Positions 54,797 through 64,000 of a stretch of DNA of 64,000 bases are shown here, piece after piece. Position 1 is the stretch's first letter; every line of letters starts with the position of its first letter. This DNA is from Tetramitus jugosus (lineage: Eukaryota > Protista > Heterolobosea). The notes below the pieces were generated by a model. That model saw nothing but the letters and a program-made list of their open reading frames with translations. It did no database searches and was not told where the DNA came from. Location of the stretch: NCBI GenBank assembly GCA_937625935.1, contig OW569391.1:62001-126000 (forward strand). The letters are read 5' to 3'. Both the position numbers and the translations under genes were made by a program.

Positions 54797-56284
54797 TTAT
54801 AGCTTATAAGACAATTTCAACAAGAGAGCTCTCTTCATAAATTGCTCTCTGCCCAGTTGTCTCACCCGATTCAAATACGTATCACAGTCCATGTGAGTCT
54901 TCTTGTGCAGTGCCTCTCCCAACACCCACACCAAATCATCAATTGCATTGTCCTCTGCCAACAACTCCAATACTTGTCTACTGTGCATGTCTTCTGGTTC
55001 AATCATTCGATCAACGTCCATCTCCTTTTTTTCATGTGAATCAATCCATCGATTCAATGAACTCTCACGGTCCACGAATGCGTTGCGTTCTCTCATGATA
55101 TTGGGTGATTCGGCATCCAATTTCATCTCTTGTTCAGACAATTCTCTGGCTCTCATGGTCAATTTGGTGCACACTTGAGTGTCATTGTCAATCTTTTCTT
55201 GCAAGTCCTTGACAATTATTGAACAAGAGTCTCTCACTTTGTTAATCAATTGATTCTTTTCATTCGTATTGCTACTATTGAATTGATTAGGATTGGTGGT
55301 TGAAGTGGCTTGCATTGTGGCATAAGGGTCATAGGATGGTGGTTGTGTTGTTGTTGATGTTGTTGATGTTGTTGATGATGATGTTGGTGGTTGGTTGTAC
55401 ATGGAATAATTGTTCATCATGGAGGATGTCATGTTGAGTGTTGAGGCTGTAGTGGTGGGTAGTGTAGGAGTGGTGGCAGTAGTTGCTGGAGTAGGTGTTG
55501 TTGACGATGAAGAAGCAGTACCCGTGTTTGGTGTCTGTGGTTTCTGATAGACTGGTGGATCCTGGTTGAACAATTCTGACAAATCATTCAACAGTCCCAA
55601 TAGATTACATGAAACGGAATTCCACTGTAGTATACGTATACGTATGCGTATGCGTGTTAGGATAGGAGGATGGATCAATTGAATAGCGACAGTACATATT
55701 GTTCAATTCAATTGATTCATGATTGAAAAAAAAGAGACACTTGTCAACATATACATGACATTTCACAGAACAATCACACACACACACACAAATATATCTA
55801 TATAGATAACAACATACTCTGCTCAAATAAGGAGAATAACATCTACCCTGTGAATCAACATGTCTGTGCTTTGGTTTAATAATCATTGTTTCAGTTGGAC
55901 TGACAAATGAAATGGGTGCACTCTGAGGGTACGTCTCAGGGATCCAAAAACTCATTGGAATATTGTATTTGGTGCCTCGGAACATCATTGGTATCGTACC
56001 ATACAAGTTCAATAATTGTTTTTTTGTTCCATTGGTAAAGTCTAAAAAAATCATGAACATTCAGCAGCAAAAAAAACAACAACTTGTGTGTTAGAATGAG
56101 TACATCACAAAAATCGATTGTTACCCTATTGGATCATATACGTACTGATACTGCCCACTTTTGGATACAATGTCTGTAATTTGTTCATGGCTTCCAATAC
56201 GTCTGATCGTACTTTTGACTGATTTTTGTATGCCACCTGTTTGAGACAGTCATTCAATAGGTTCATATTCTGATTGCTCACCAT
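54797..56284 (-). CDS. TSG101: ESCRT-I subunit TSG101/Vps23; exons 56284-56146, 56041-55818, 55624-54797
   Basis: UEV LLNLYGTIP..YNIP..W.PETYP..P..HVDSQGRCYSPYLSR|WN; Vps23 core AEDNAIDD..YL..VRQLGREQF; both GT-AG introns keep the frame. Confidence 0.93.
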
Positions 56285-56954
56285 ATTTCACGCGTGCTAT
56301 TAATGATGGATAATTGTTTTTGGGTATCGCCAGGATATGTGTGAGTGATGATGGTGTGGTGGTAGTCGCCTGTGAGGATATGATGGGATGTGTCTTCACT
56401 CTCTCTGTGCTGTGCTTCCTTTCGACGTTTTTTGTGTTCGGTCGGGTTGTTGAGTTTTATTTTAGATGGCGTCGGAAAAGTTGGTGTAAGAATGGTTCAA
56501 TCTGTTGTTGGAAGGGAGCTGTTCATGAGTTTTCTCCGATTTTTTTGGAGGGAATATTGACGGAGGATTAGGTCGGTGTTTCAGGATTGTTATGGTCATT
56601 GCTAGAATTCCGACTTCCTTGCAATGTATTATTCTGGAGACACACTTCGAGTTTACCTTCCTCTCCTCTGCAAAGAAAAGAGACAACAAGGGCTGTAACT
56701 CCAACAACACCATCACTCATCACTGTTGCTCCATAGACCATCATTTGTGCGCGGAAAAATATTCAACCCCGCGTATTTCCACATCAATATCCGTAATCAT
56801 CTTGCCGAAGCTGCGCACCGATTGACATTTTTATCATTTACATCACCTTGTGGAGTGAAACAATCAACAACGAAAAAAGCAACCAATAGTAATCTCAATC
56901 AACAAACAAAGTCTTAATTGTTGTCTGGTCTAGTATACAACAACAACAACAACA

Positions 56955-58913
56955 ATGAGCCCACAATCATCACATCATCAGGGAATGTCAACCAAGAAGC
57001 TGTCCTTTCTTCTCGTGTTTGTCGTCATTTTCATCACAGTCATCAACTTTATCTACTACAGTCGGACAACTGTTTCTCTGAGTCGTGCGGATCCCAACAA
57101 TATCAATATCAAGAACAACAACAACAACAACAATAATCATGAGATAATTTCATCTCACATTAACAGCAATGACAATCAGCGTCCTGTTCCCAGCATTCGA
57201 CCACCCAATGACTTGAACAACCATCAAGCAGCATCCCCTACACCACAGCCACCACCACCAGTTGAAGCAACACCACCACCAGCACCAGCACCACCAGTCG
57301 TTGTGATTCCTCCACAACTACCATTCAGAATTGAAATCAAAATCTTGACATTTGATCGATTGAGTTCATTCAAGCGATGTGTTCAATCGTTTCAAGATGC
57401 GTACTATGACCATGATGAATACAATGTTGACTTGTTTATCATTATTGATCATTATGCCAATCCAAAATTCAAGAAATCTGACACGCACAGTGGTGCTGAC
57501 AATAGCAACAATTCTACATTGAACGATGAAAGAATCAAGAATGAAAAAATCAAGATTGCCAAGCATAGAGAAGTGCTCGAATATGCCTATTCCATTGATT
57601 GGAAATTTGGTCGAAAGTTGATTCACTACAGACAAGAGAACTCTCATTTGCAGCAGCAGTGGATTGAGAGTTGGTACCCAACGGACAATGACACGTATGC
57701 CTACGTTGCAGAAGATGACATTGTCGTGTCGCCCTTCTGGTACCAGTACATTAAGAAATTGTTGCTCAGGTATCGCTACTCGTTCCACAAGGAACTCAAT
57801 GCCTATGTTCGATTGAGCACACCGTACATGTATGGCATATCGTTGCAGAAACAGAGACTCGTGCCAGCAAAGACCTCAAAGGTACGTACTGTGTCGGCCA
57901 ACACCAAGGGACAACCCTATCTCTATCAGTTGATTGGTACGTGGGGTCAATTGTTGTTCCCCGAGGCATGGATCGAGTTTAGAAAGTACTATGATCAGTT
58001 CAAGTATCTGCCAACCGATCATTTCAAGCCACGCATTTCAAACATGATTACAGATGATTGGTATGTGGGAAAAGGTGAGAAGATTTGGACTCCATGGATC
58101 ATTCGTTGGGCAATGGCCAACGGCATGTACAACATGTATCACAACTTTGATCGAACACTGTCTGCCAGTTTTAGAGATCCTGGTGTCAACTACAAGAATT
58201 CATTGGGACCAGATTTCAAACTGCTTACCAAGGAAACAGATCCCACATTTGCCGAGCTAATCATTGGCAAGCAAGTGTTGGATCCACTGCCCAGCGTTCA
58301 AATGTATGACTACTGTTTCAGGAGAATCGGTTTGGGATCGATTATTGACACGAGTGATCCAACATTCAGATCTGTTGGTGTTCGTTCCATTCTTGTGGCC
58401 AGTGATATTCAATACCTGTACAATCAGTTGTGTTTCTGTGAACAACAGAGCGATTCGCAAGTGGTTGCTGCATGCAAGTCCAGCATCTTTTTCTTTGCTG
58501 GTAAGAATAAGCAGTTTGCCACTCTGGTGAAGAGTCGAGGTTTCAATGCCATCTATACACCTGACATGGGGCTATCAGGCTTCTTGTTGAGTCAAGATGC
58601 CAAATCTGTGGCCTTGTACAACATGGACGGCAAGTTGATGGCGCCAAAGGATATGGACAACACTTTCAAATCTCCATTGGGTGTTTCAAAGGATGATTCC
58701 TTGTTGTTGATTGATCCGTTGAATGTTTATTTGCAGGAGTCATTAGCCAACAATATTGACAGTTTTGCTGAAATTGCCAAGCTTGTGAAAAAGTTTTTCC
58801 CTGAAGGTGAGCCTGTTGTACCCGTGGGTCTTTTGCGAGATGCTGATCCAAACTCCAAAGACTTTTTGATCAAGCAGTATGATTATGGTTGCAAGGCAGT
58901 CGTTTGTACTTAG
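56955..58913 (+). CDS. Type II membrane GT-A fold glycosyltransferase
   Basis: N-terminal TM and Pro-rich stem; IKILTFDRLSS..HYRQEN..QQWIESWYP..YVAEDDIVVSP..YQLIGTWGQLLFP..IWTPWIIRW. Confidence 0.85.
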   Translation: MSPQSSHHQGMSTKKLSFLLVFVVIFITVINFIYYSRTTVSLSRADPNNINIKNNNNNNNNHEIISSHINSNDNQRPVPSIRPPNDLNNHQAASPTPQPPPPVEATPPPAPAPPVVVIPPQLPFRIEIKILTFDRLSSFKRCVQSFQDAYYDHDEYNVDLFIIIDHYANPKFKKSDTHSGADNSNNSTLNDERIKNEKIKIAKHREVLEYAYSIDWKFGRKLIHYRQENSHLQQQWIESWYPTDNDTYAYVAEDDIVVSPFWYQYIKKLLLRYRYSFHKELNAYVRLSTPYMYGISLQKQRLVPAKTSKVRTVSANTKGQPYLYQLIGTWGQLLFPEAWIEFRKYYDQFKYLPTDHFKPRISNMITDDWYVGKGEKIWTPWIIRWAMANGMYNMYHNFDRTLSASFRDPGVNYKNSLGPDFKLLTKETDPTFAELIIGKQVLDPLPSVQMYDYCFRRIGLGSIIDTSDPTFRSVGVRSILVASDIQYLYNQLCFCEQQSDSQVVAACKSSIFFFAGKNKQFATLVKSRGFNAIYTPDMGLSGFLLSQDAKSVALYNMDGKLMAPKDMDNTFKSPLGVSKDDSLLLIDPLNVYLQESLANNIDSFAEIAKLVKKFFPEGEPVVPVGLLRDADPNSKDFLIKQYDYGCKAVVCT

Positions 58914-58980
58914 GTTGAATAGCCGAATGCATGGCCAAAAACAATGAAATCTCCACAATAACAGTAAATAAAACCTAGAG

Positions 58981-61900
58981 CTAAAAGTACCGACTAGACT
59001 TGAGTGTGCTTGACGTCACTCCTTCAATTTCGTTCCTTGTCGGATCGATCTGTGCTTTGCTCAACTGATCAAAGTCTATCTTGTTCACATATTCAAATGC
59101 TATCCTGAGACCGGGTGAAGGCTCTACGGAACCATCGTGTAAGTCAGGATGGCAAGAAGGTTGGCATCTGAGACCGAGATCAATCTTTTCACAAGATTTA
59201 CACTGAGTCCAGGCCATGGGCTCAATTTGTTGTCCATTCGACAAAAACTCTATTGCCTTTGCCCCTTCATAATGCTTTCGCACAAACGGAGGATAAACGC
59301 TGCCATAGATGAGTAAAACCCTGTGCCCTTGAATCGAAGACTCCCTTGCGAGAAGCTGTGCTTTCTCTCTTTCTTCCTCTGTTGGATATGTAGGCTTGAT
59401 TTCGAACCAAATCTTTCGACTTGGCAAGTAGAAATCCGGGGTATACTTGTGACCATTTGGTAAATGGAATGTTCTCGGTTCGTAAACATAGTCAATTTTC
59501 ATATACTCGAGAAATATAGACCATCTTGCTTCCAATCGTGATCGAAAGCAGTACCCGGCCCACAATACACGCTTGGGTGCAATTAACGGAGAGGAGACAG
59601 TGCCATTCAAATATTGTTCCATAATGCTATCTAAATCGTACTTATTTTGAGAACCATCATCCTGCAGCGCACTTAAAAAGTTCTTAGGAACTACACACTT
59701 CCGGCTGATGACATGATAGTTCTCAATTACAATAGCATAGTTCCGCCTATCGCTGGAGTCAGTAACCATACCAATGCCATCGTACAACTCATCTCTCCTC
59801 CATAATCCATGCTTCCAAGATGTCTTGGTTCGATATTCACCCATTCCCCAACGTTCCTCGTTCTTCCATAATCCACGATACCAGGCGTTAAACAACTTAC
59901 CATCATCCCAGCGAACCAAGTCTACTTCTGGAGTACCAATCTGCTTGTAGAATTGCATTCCATGACCATTCTTCCTTCCTTCTCCGAATTGTCCCCTGTA
60001 AACACTGCCTGCAATCTCACCACTTGTAAACAAGAGTTCTCCCTCTCCGTGAAATAAATTATGCATCCACTCTCCATTGTACTTGAATTCGTCAGTGGTA
60101 TAGGTTCCTTCACCACATTTTTCTCCATTGACCCAGAAACCATCGTATCGAGCAGTTTTGGCCTCTGAAATCCAGGATCCAAATCCTTCTGGGAGTCCGG
60201 TTCGACAATTGACATCACCATTAAATGTACCCTCGTCATAAGGAAACGAAAGAATGGAGAGCGAGTCGATGCATGCATTGATAATGTCAGAATGAGGATA
60301 GTTGAATACATCATCGTAGATTGGAAACTGTTCGACTTCCAAGACGATGACCTTGTCCTTTGGCTTGCAGCGAAGTAATTTTTTCATAACGGCACCACTT
60401 TCTCTACATTCATAACTTCCAGGCTGTTTGATAAAATTTGGTATTCGCTGAGGTTTTTCTTCGAACCAATGCTTATAGTGTTGAATATACTGCAGGATCA
60501 AGAAGGATAGATTCCCGAGCTTCAACACAGAGTCCTCTTTTGGATATAAAATCGCATCAACCTGCGATATAAAATACTCCACTTCTCGCTCTGAGGAAAA
60601 GAATACGCTGGTAAATGGCTTCAATTTGGGAAATAGATCATCCAATGATGGAATTTTGCTACACATGAGCTTTGAGGGATTACTTTGAAAGAATCGTAAG
60701 ATTTTCAAAAAGTTATTGACTGAGAAGATGGGCTTACTAGGATCTAACACATAACCAGCGCTCCTATCAATGATACGCAGCATCCAAAAAGGTTCAGTTA
60801 ATTCAATTTCAAACTCCCCGTTAAACCGCAAGACAAGAACACTCGAGCGTATTATTCGTATGTGATCATCAGATAAATGTTCCACGTTTTTCTGCTTTTG
60901 TGGAGTAGTATCGGCAATGTGGTCTGCTATTTCATCATCATCACTCAACAGATTCGTATCATCGTTCATCTCTAGCGATACATCAATGACAGCATTCGAG
61001 TTGTTGTGCTCTTCACATGCATCGTGACACGTAGTTTTGTCCAAGTGCATTGAGTCTTTCCTATCCCACTTCTCATCGCCTTCCGATCCCTCAATATTCC
61101 TCTCGTCATCATCATCACTCATGATAATGATATCGAGATCCTCTTCCACTGCTCGCTCTCCATCAACATCACCTAGACAAGTATCGATCGCTTTTTTGTT
61201 TGTTGCTTCCACAGTCTCATCCATGTTCACTACTACTGCTGACGGCTCTTTTTCAGCATCGCCATCGCTAACATCTTCCTCGGTGAGATCAATAATCGAA
61301 CAATCATTAATTAAACTGCTTATAGAGCTAGCATTCGTTGACCGTTGACTATACCGTCTCAAGAATGATCGATTTCCCATTGTTCTATATACGTTATGCT
61401 GTCTAGCGATCCTTCTTTTCTTACCGGGACTCGTATCATCCTTGCTATCACTCCCATGATCATTCTTGTCACTTGTTTCAACAATATCCTCTTGATCAAC
61501 ATGACGCATCATCATGTTATTCCTATTATCACTATCATTAACATTAACATCATTATCATCATGAAGCATCATTACCGCTCTCCCTTCGACACTATTCTTA
61601 TCACAGTTGCTTAAATGATACTTCTTGATCATTCGATCCATGTTGAACAAACAAATTTCTTCAGTGTCGGTCCATTGGAACGGACTCAATGACTCGTACC
61701 AATGCCTGTTCAACAATTTGAGATGAAGAAGAATAGTGATGCACTCTTGGTCTTTATCGTCATTCATATTCATTGTCATCACCATTACATTTTCTTCTTG
61801 TTGTTGTTGTTGCGTTTCTTCATCGTCAATCAAATAGGAACAAATGTGCAGTATGAGATGACATGGCAAATGATTCATGTTGCACACGTGTGATGATGAG

Positions 61901-62133
61901 CCATTGTGTGTGCAATGTTGTTGTTGTTGTTGTGCAAGTGTTGGACATGATGAACATGATGATTCAGAATCACAATGTCGTTGTGAATGACTGATCGGAT
62001 GATGGTGGTGATGAAGCAATTGTTCAAAATCAGATTCGAAACGATAACTACTGATCATTGAATGGTTGATGGCCGATGATGGATCATCAATCATGCGCTT
62101 TCTTTTCAACGATTGGATAAAAGACTTGTTCAT
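58981..62133 (-). CDS. F-box-like + MORN-repeat + C-terminal PD-(D/E)XK nuclease fusion protein
   Basis: MNHLPCHLILHICSYL..LKLLNRHWY (split F-box-like); MORN YDGFWVNGEKCGEG, YNGEWMHNLFHGEG, YRGQFGEGRKNGHG, YRGLWKNEERWGMG; FRSRLEARW..YEP..YTPDFYLP..WFEIKP. Confidence 0.8.
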   Translation of the reverse strand: MNKSFIQSLKRKRMIDDPSSAINHSMISSYRFESDFEQLLHHHHHPISHSQRHCDSESSCSSCPTLAQQQQQHCTHNGSSSHVCNMNHLPCHLILHICSYLIDDEETQQQQQEENVMVMTMNMNDDKDQECITILLHLKLLNRHWYESLSPFQWTDTEEICLFNMDRMIKKYHLSNCDKNSVEGRAVMMLHDDNDVNVNDSDNRNNMMMRHVDQEDIVETSDKNDHGSDSKDDTSPGKKRRIARQHNVYRTMGNRSFLRRYSQRSTNASSISSLINDCSIIDLTEEDVSDGDAEKEPSAVVVNMDETVEATNKKAIDTCLGDVDGERAVEEDLDIIIMSDDDDERNIEGSEGDEKWDRKDSMHLDKTTCHDACEEHNNSNAVIDVSLEMNDDTNLLSDDDEIADHIADTTPQKQKNVEHLSDDHIRIIRSSVLVLRFNGEFEIELTEPFWMLRIIDRSAGYVLDPSKPIFSVNNFLKILRFFQSNPSKLMCSKIPSLDDLFPKLKPFTSVFFSSEREVEYFISQVDAILYPKEDSVLKLGNLSFLILQYIQHYKHWFEEKPQRIPNFIKQPGSYECRESGAVMKKLLRCKPKDKVIVLEVEQFPIYDDVFNYPHSDIINACIDSLSILSFPYDEGTFNGDVNCRTGLPEGFGSWISEAKTARYDGFWVNGEKCGEGTYTTDEFKYNGEWMHNLFHGEGELLFTSGEIAGSVYRGQFGEGRKNGHGMQFYKQIGTPEVDLVRWDDGKLFNAWYRGLWKNEERWGMGEYRTKTSWKHGLWRRDELYDGIGMVTDSSDRRNYAIVIENYHVISRKCVVPKNFLSALQDDGSQNKYDLDSIMEQYLNGTVSSPLIAPKRVLWAGYCFRSRLEARWSIFLEYMKIDYVYEPRTFHLPNGHKYTPDFYLPSRKIWFEIKPTYPTEEEREKAQLLARESSIQGHRVLLIYGSVYPPFVRKHYEGAKAIEFLSNGQQIEPMAWTQCKSCEKIDLGLRCQPSCHPDLHDGSVEPSPGLRIAFEYVNKIDFDQLSKAQIDPTRNEIEGVTSSTLKSSRYF

Positions 62134-62236
62134 TTGTGACACGTGCAATCCGTGCACATGGAATTTTTTAGTGAGGATGTTGTTGATGTGTTTTTCAGGT
62201 GTTGTAAAATTCAAATTTTTTCTGGAAAGGAAGGTT

Positions 62237-63265
62237 TTATTGGTCGACCAACTCTTCTCTCAAGAATTCATATTCTCTGATCAACAAGAGCATGACCGAG
62301 TTGACACGATAGAAGTCCAGATTGACAGAAGTTCCATCATCTTCTGGATCTTTCAAGATATTCATCCCCAATATAAAGCTGAGGTTAGTGTCAGTCATGA
62401 GTGATGTATTTACATTGGGTGGAGTGCTAATGTCGTGAAGCAGCTCCAAAAGCCTCATGAGCAAAATTTTATGGTACAGTGGCAATCTATGGTAAAGGGT
62501 GAGTAATTTTTGTCTCCTGTGCCGAAAATCTTCCTCAGAGATCGGCTTAGTGAGGGTCAACGCGATCCATTCCCTGAATCGATTCTTCGGTATCAACGGC
62601 TCAGGCAATTCTCGTAAGTATCGTTTCAAAAGTGAAGCTACTGTGTGAATTGATATCGTATCAAACATATGGGGATTGAACGAGTTCTTATGTATCATGG
62701 ATATTACATTGTCGACCTCCAAAATGTTGCCTGGTATCCGAAAGACACCTTCCACATGAGCAAAAAAATGGAGCTTCTTGAAGCACAAATCCACAAAGAA
62801 TGGCACACCAGTTGTGTTTTGTGGGAGTTCTTTCTGCATTCTATCTGATAAATCTATCCCAAACAACAAGAATTTCTCCTCATTGTGGTCACCTATCGCT
62901 TTCCTAAAACCCTTGCGATAATTTCTCCTCGGGGTAAGTGTGAAATGGTGATTCGGCCCCCATCTCTTCTTCTCGGAAGTAAAAGCAGGCGATTTTTCAC
63001 ATGAAATTTTCAAGGGACCATCACCATCTTCCAATTCTTTGCTGGAAAACCTCACAAGAGACATATGCTTGCTCTTTGAGACGATCGTTGGACCGTCATG
63101 ATCGTTCTCTCCTCTTGGCGGAAATTCTCTTTGGTTGTTTGAATCTTGTTGGTTTTCGTATTTGTTCCTCACCAGCTCACGTGAGGAATGTCTTCGCCTG
63201 CTCGTTCTCGAAGGTGGTTGTTGGTTATCCCGTCCCTTAAATATCCTATGTATAATGTTTAACAT
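62237..63265 (-). CDS. Rho GTPase-activating protein
   Basis: FGIDL..VPFFVDLC..EGVFRIPG..HTVASLLKRYLRELPEPLIP..MTDTNL. Confidence 0.95.
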   Translation of the reverse strand: MLNIIHRIFKGRDNQQPPSRTSRRRHSSRELVRNKYENQQDSNNQREFPPRGENDHDGPTIVSKSKHMSLVRFSSKELEDGDGPLKISCEKSPAFTSEKKRWGPNHHFTLTPRRNYRKGFRKAIGDHNEEKFLLFGIDLSDRMQKELPQNTTGVPFFVDLCFKKLHFFAHVEGVFRIPGNILEVDNVISMIHKNSFNPHMFDTISIHTVASLLKRYLRELPEPLIPKNRFREWIALTLTKPISEEDFRHRRQKLLTLYHRLPLYHKILLMRLLELLHDISTPPNVNTSLMTDTNLSFILGMNILKDPEDDGTSVNLDFYRVNSVMLLLIREYEFLREELVDQ

Positions 63266-63550
63266 TCCGGGTTAGATGTTATCTGTTGAGACCAGCTTGG
63301 AATCGATGTTGGAGCGAACTCACACAGTAGAGATTGATCGTTCGCACGCGCAGAATAATCAATTACAGTAGACTCTTGAGCGCCATGGAGACGTTGCCAA
63401 AATCGGCGGGATTATTTTTTCGAAGAAGCGAAGAAGGTGCCTTGAGCATCGAAGTGTGTGGCCGAAAACTCTCAGTACGCCATCACAAAAAAAGTAAAAA
63501 CAAAGGTACACCAACCCAACCCCAACAACAATCACAAACAAACAAACAGC

Positions 63551-63932
63551 ATGTCCACCACAACAACAGACAAACCAAAGGTTGCTCTCGTCACTGGTAT
63601 CACAGGTCAAGATGGATCCTACCTTTCTGAATTCTTGCTAGAGAAGGGATACACCGTTTATGGTATCATTAGAAGAAGCTCTTCATTCAACACTGGTAGA
63701 ATTGAGCACTTGTACAAGGACCCTCATATTCCTGAGGCCAGATATAGACTTTTGTATGGAGATTTGACTGACTCTGCCAACTTGATCGCCATTATCAATC
63801 AGATTAAGCCTGATGAGATTTACAATTTGGGTGCTCAATCCCATGTCAAGGTTTCCTTTGAACTTCCAGAGTACACTGCCAATGTGGATGCCATGGGTAC
63901 TCTTAGAATTTTGGAGGCAATCCGATCAGCTG
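63551..63932 (+). CDS. GMDS: GDP-mannose 4,6-dehydratase, first exon (gene continues beyond window; absent from the ORF track)
   Basis: My translation: [69 protein letters not shown]; probable GT donor at 63933. Confidence 0.95.
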
Positions 63933-64000
63933 GTATGACGATCCATTTTTATTGTGGTGATCAAATTCTCTTGATCTCAAAGCTTTTTTGGTTGTTGTTT

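Noticed and set aside
55631-55656. (TATRCG)n repeat giving the IRIRIR ORF extension
   Set aside because: Lies inside TSG101 intron 2; simple microsatellite
1-64000. tRNA, rRNA or other structured ncRNA genes
   Set aside because: None recognised by eye; tRNAscan-SE and Infernal would be needed to exclude them

Overview
A gene-dense, intron-poor, AT-rich region of a microbial eukaryote nuclear genome. Short GT-AG introns, poly-N/Q/S/T runs, AATAAA signals and the style of EGF repeat suggest a heterolobosean (Naegleria-like) protist; this is inference only. Most genes are ordinary eukaryotic housekeeping or signalling genes: SWEET, gamma-carbonic anhydrase, GT77, DOP1, TTP-like zinc finger, uS5m, TRM112, FKBP-TPR, PES1, RhoGEF, TSG101, RhoGAP and GMD. 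Four things stand out. (1) A tandem pair of bacterial type VI secretion tube (Hcp/TssD) genes at 24.3-26.0 kb, each with a secretory signal peptide, flanked by a Nudix hydrolase and a DUF6939-like gene. (2) A 5'-truncated membrane protein whose N-terminus aligns by eye to the HAP2/GCS1 fusogen and carries extra Ig-like modules and 14 EGF repeats. (3) An F-box-like + MORN + phage/bacterial-type PD-(D/E)XK nuclease fusion. (4) A Crinkler-like NTPase-nuclease gene with two decayed copies nearby, one inside a ~4.5 kb patch of gene and element remnants. All family calls come from motif recognition by eye; no database search was run.
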